This document shows, one piece after another, positions 59,721-64,000 of a stretch of 64,000 nt of DNA. The stretch is taken from contig JBHGNT010000012.1 in NCBI GenBank assembly GCA_043228905.1, forward strand, positions 18,104,001 to 18,168,000, read 5' to 3'. The notes under the pieces are model-generated. The model was not told the origin of the DNA, searched no databases, and saw only the letters and a list, made by a program, of their open reading frames with translations. The first letter of the stretch is position 1. Each line of letters opens with the position of its first letter. Position numbers and translations under genes: made by a program. This stretch comes from Azolla caroliniana (lineage: Eukaryota; Plantae; Polypodiophyta).

Positions 59721-62700
59721 GTCGGGTTCACCAAAGATGTCGCGTTGTTACGCGCGTGCGTGGAGAAACGAGGCGGGACCACCGGGGTCTTGAACCGAAG
59801 AGCAGGTGATAGAAGGGGAAAGAAAAAGGGAAAGAGAGAGACGCCCGGTCACGTATGAGCAAAGAAACGCAGGGGGGGCACGGCCCGTCAACATAGAAGA
59901 CGCGAATGGACATAGAGACAGGGAGACACAAGTGTTTGTATATTAACGAATATCAAATACACAACAGAGCACGCGAGCGGTTACAACCGAACAGGCCGGC
60001 GAACAGATGTCGATGCCTGTTCGTCTGCGCACGATAAGGGGAAAAGGGTGGAGGTGCTGCCGGAATCACACGGGCGTTCCTCGAAGCAGCGCGAGCCTCC
60101 CGAAACCCTGCAGAGAAGAGCGATGGAAAACGAACAGAGGAGAAGTATTCGGTTACGGTCCGACAACACTTCATCCTTCTTAATGCCCGATCCCCTTTCT
60201 CCCTGCGTCTCCCTCTCCTTTATAGCTTCAAGAAGGGAGCCGTCTCCCTCATTTACTTCCTACCTACCGAATCTAACTACCCGGATATGCCTTTGTACTT
60301 AATTCCCTATTATATACATTAAGGGCACACACACGTGAAGAGCCGGTTCACGTGTGTTAGGCACCGATTGCGCCAAGGGACGGTTTTCTTCACGACACCG
60401 TTATGATAGATATCGGGACTATAATGGGGAACGGAATGAGAGATACAACTGGGATCACTCCCCCGGTTACAACCCACGAAGGGAGGACTATGGCAAGTAT
60501 GACGACCAGCCCCGACAGGGTTACCGGAACATAAAGCATTCCAACAAAAAACGACATCACCAATAGGAGCCGGAAAAGGGTACACCAAGCACCCAACCAG
60601 ACCAAGGCCAAGCACTTACAACAAGACGTCAACCGGGTGCAAGAGCGAAAGCAGAATCTAACAACACCCGGAAAGCTTACTACTACTATTGCCGACAAGA
60701 GGGATACTACAGTAACCAATGTCCGGCGAAAAGCTACGATAAGTGACCAACGGTAAACATGGTGGTAGCGGAAGTCGCAGACATACAACAAGTGACCACG
60801 AGGTCAAAAGGAAAAGCAATGGAGTGGGAAACCCAAGAAGCCATTCAGAAGCAGGCAACTAAATGGGTAAAGAAGGCAAATGAGCGGAATGTGGCAGAAT
60901 TGGAACAACAAAAAGAGAATCCAAAGGAGCCCACCGGCAATAGCCAGGCGGAAAACCCAACATGGCAGGCGTTGCAAGAATGCCAAATTACGCTACCATT
61001 AGGTCGGCTATTGTAATTAGTACCTCAATTTACAGAAGGACTGAAGACGTGAATGACTGCGGTCGACACACCACCGGCTCCGTCGTTCTTTTCTAATCAG
61101 GAGGAAGGACCGACGGTAGTGGACACGAGTAGTCCGGCTATCACAGCCATCGTCAAGGGTCGAGAGCTACCTAGAACGATTATAGACAGAGGATCCAAGG
61201 TGAACGTGATTAGCCTCCGAACTTGTAATACCCTAGGGATCCAGGACTGGGAGCCGTGCCCGTTTTGGCTTCGGATGGTGCACACAAGTTCAGTATGGCC
61301 TACCGGATTGATACGAGATTTGGAAGTAACTATCGGAGGTCACGCATTTCGCATTTTGGCAATAGTCCTCCAGCTCAATGCACAAGGGGCATACCCACTG
61401 TTGCTGGGCCGCCCATGGCAAAAAACAGTGCACATCAAGCCAAATTGGCGGAAAAACATAATTACTTTCCGGCGCGGCAAAGAGAAAGTACGAGTACCTA
61501 CAAAACCACGTTCGAGTACCGGCAAGGAGCTAACACTGTTGTATGCGGAATGTGTCAACATGCTTGAAGGATTGGCTGATGAAGAGGTTGATCAGTACTT
61601 ACAGGAGAATCTGAAAATTGTACCTTTATTTGAAATTGATGTCGCCGAAGTAGTGGCACCATATATAATGCAAACGGAGGATGCCGATGAAGAACTGGAT
61701 AAAGAAGCCATTAGAGAGTTACGGCAAGCGCTCGAAGCTTTGGAGAAGGAATTGGCAGTATCTCAATGCGTAAAAGCATCTCAGCTGGAAGAGGTAAACC
61801 TAGCACCGTAGAAGACGCAATACGGGTTCACATCGCCAAAGAAATGACTCGAGAAAGGAAGACGGCAATGATCACCTTATTAAAGGAGTTCCGGGACGTA
61901 TTCGCGTGGTCTTACGAGGACATGCGGGGGCTAGATCCTCAGTTGTATCAACACTAGATACATCTGAGTAAGGATGCCAAGCCGGTGGCGCAGCAGCGAT
62001 ACCAGATGAACCCTAACTACGCAACAAAAGTAAAGCACGAAATCGACAAATTGTTACGGGTAGGGTCCATCCGATCGGTCAAGAGTCCAATAGTCGTCGT
62101 ACCGAAAAAGAATAGAAAAATCAGGGTATGTGTCAACTACCGGAAGTTGAATGCGGCAACAGTAACCGACGCCTTCCCACTCCCTTTTACAGATGGAGTC
62201 CTTGATGCAATAGCTGGTCACGAAGTTTATAATTTCGTGGACGGGTTCAGCGGCTACAATCAGATCCGGATGCACCCCTACGACCAGGAGAAAACCTCTT
62301 TTGTTACCGAATGGGGAGTATTTGTTGCCGTAGTCATGATGTTCGAACTTAAAACGGCGCCGACAACCTTTCAGCAGATAATCATGGAGATTTTTGGAGA
62401 ATTTATTCCAGCATTCATGCAGGTGTTCCTAGACGATTTCGTCGTGTACAACCGGGAAGGGGAACACCTCTAACACCTCCGACTATGTCTTGAGAAATGT
62501 AGGGTTTACCGGTTAAGCTTTAACCCAATGAAATGCGTGTTCGGAGTGTCAAGCGGTGCATTACTAGGCCACATTTTTAGCAAGGACGGTATTGCAGTAG
62601 ACCTGGACAAGGTCAAAGAAATTTTGGAGGCACCGGCACCCACCACGGCGAAAGCATTGAGTCGGTTCCTAGGACAAATCCGATGGCATAGCCGGATGCT

Positions 62701-63288
62701 CTGGTATCTAACAGACCTGGCCACACCATTGCATGTTGCGGTGCACCGGACGCCATTTCAATGGACGGACACAGAAGAGAAGGCTTACCGGGCATTAAAA
62801 GTACTAGTATCAGAAGCACCAGTGGTGCAACCTCTGGATTAATCTAAAGAATTCAACGTATTCGTAGACGCGTCCGACATAGCAATTGGGAGCGCATTAA
62901 TGAAGCTTACCGAACCGAAGTGGTACAGGCCCGTGTATTATGCCAGCTGGAAGCTGTCCCAGGTGGAACATAATTACTCAACGACGGAGAGAGAAGCCTT
63001 AGCCATGATCTATAGCGTCACCAAGTTCCGACACAACCTATTGGGGAGGAAATTTTCCTTTCATGTAGACCATTCGACGCTACTTTACTTGGTCTCAAAA
63101 GCATCACTCACAGGTAAGCTGGCCCGGTGGACGTTATTATTACAGGAATCTGAGTTCGAGATATTTCACCGACCAAGCATACAACATGCGGTTGCAGATT
63201 ATTTGAGCCAGTTAGACTCCGGTGAAACCGGTGACGGAGTCCCAGATGAGTTTCTGGATGTAGAGTTGTTTAGGGTCACAACAAAAAC

Positions 63289-64000
63289 TGACAGGAATAC
63301 ACGCTCTGCCACAACCGAACCTAGAATCAAACACAATTCTTCTCACTTCCCATCCGGAGGGACCTGTTTCCTAACAAACTCCCCCTTCACTCCGGCATGG
63401 GATGTCGTACTAGTCCGATCCGCTTCTGACATGCATCCAGCTTGTCGGGTATCAGTACTTTGGTCAACATATCTGACCCGTTCTCGGCCGTGTGGATCTT
63501 CGTTAGCGCAAACTCTCGATCTTCTACTCGCTCCCGGATCCAGTGATACCTACGCTGGATGTGCTTCGTCCTGGAATGGTACACTGCATTCTTAGCAAGG
63601 TGGATGGCACTTTGACTATCGTAATAGAGTTGGTATTCATCTTGCCGGATACCGAGCTCTCCGATGAAGTCCTTGATCCATAATATTTCCTTGCCAGCTT
63701 CCACAACCGCCATGTACTCCGCCTCCGTGGTTGACAATGCAACCGTCTTCTGCAACCTCAACTGCCACGAAACAGCTCCCCCTGCATATGTCATTACATA
63801 CCCGGATGTAGACCGGCTGGTATCCACATCAGCCGACATGTCCGAATCGGTAAAACCGTTAAGTTGAGGTTTACAGGAGCCGAATTGGAGACACATATTC
63901 GAAGTGCCCTTCAGGTATCGGAGTATCAATTTGACCGCGTTCCAGTGCTCCTTGCCGAGATTGCTCATGAACCGGCTCACCACTCCGACTGTGTATCCAA
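63289..64000 (-). mobile_element. Element N: 3' end of a Ty1/copia (RT end-RNase H 63387-63983, PPT 63377-63386, 88-bp LTR 63289-63376), inserted in L
   Basis: ALSTTEAEY, RTKHIQRRYHW, SDMLTK. AACTCCCCCT is adjacent to ...CCTAACA. Confidence 0.88.

Larger units (their letters stand above)
53424..60397 (-). mobile_element. Element M: near-complete tRNA-Trp Ty3/gypsy, 660-bp LTRs (53424-54083 and 59738-60397), TSD CCGT
   Basis: PBS at 59717-59733, PPT at 54084-54100. CCGT at 53420-53423 and 60398-60401. Confidence 0.95.
51748..63288 (+). mobile_element. Element L: decayed Ty3/gypsy (non-chromovirus-like), 5' LTR 51748-52207, gag-PR-RT-RH; interrupted by M and N
   Basis: TGTTAG...AGTAACA, then PBS-like TGGTGACCACGA. 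gag 52597-53420, protease IIDRGSKVN (61053-61811), RT DGFSGYNQI and VFLDDF, RH 62900-63280. Confidence 0.85.

Noticed and set aside
58046-59858. Long antisense ORFs over M (also over E, H and K)
   Set aside because: Expected shadow ORFs of GC-rich coding sequence, and not conserved between E and M.

Overview
Eukaryotic, plant-type heterochromatic DNA, probably from a non-seed plant such as a fern (inferred from the TE families only). It consists almost entirely of nested transposable elements, and I found no host gene. About 16 elements can be resolved from LTR termini, primer-binding sites (PBS), polypurine tracts (PPT) and target-site duplications (TSD). They include a chromodomain Ty3/gypsy (Tcn1-like), several tRNA-iMet-primed Ty1/copia elements with 5-bp TSDs, a second non-chromoviral gypsy and a complete hAT DNA transposon with an 8-bp TSD. 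The most notable component is a lineage of tRNA-Trp-primed Ty3/gypsy elements, here called C, D, E, K, M and one solo LTR. They share TGTCG...CGACA termini, 4-bp TSDs centred on a CpG and a covarying hairpin in front of a G/T-rich PPT. The two coding copies share a candidate -1 frameshift signal after the protease. The two pol-less copies carry repeat-rich ORFs. Degenerate tRNA-like (A-box/B-box) cassettes sit divergently upstream of the TATA box in LTRs of two unrelated gypsy lineages. Family names are assigned from motif recognition, not from database searches.
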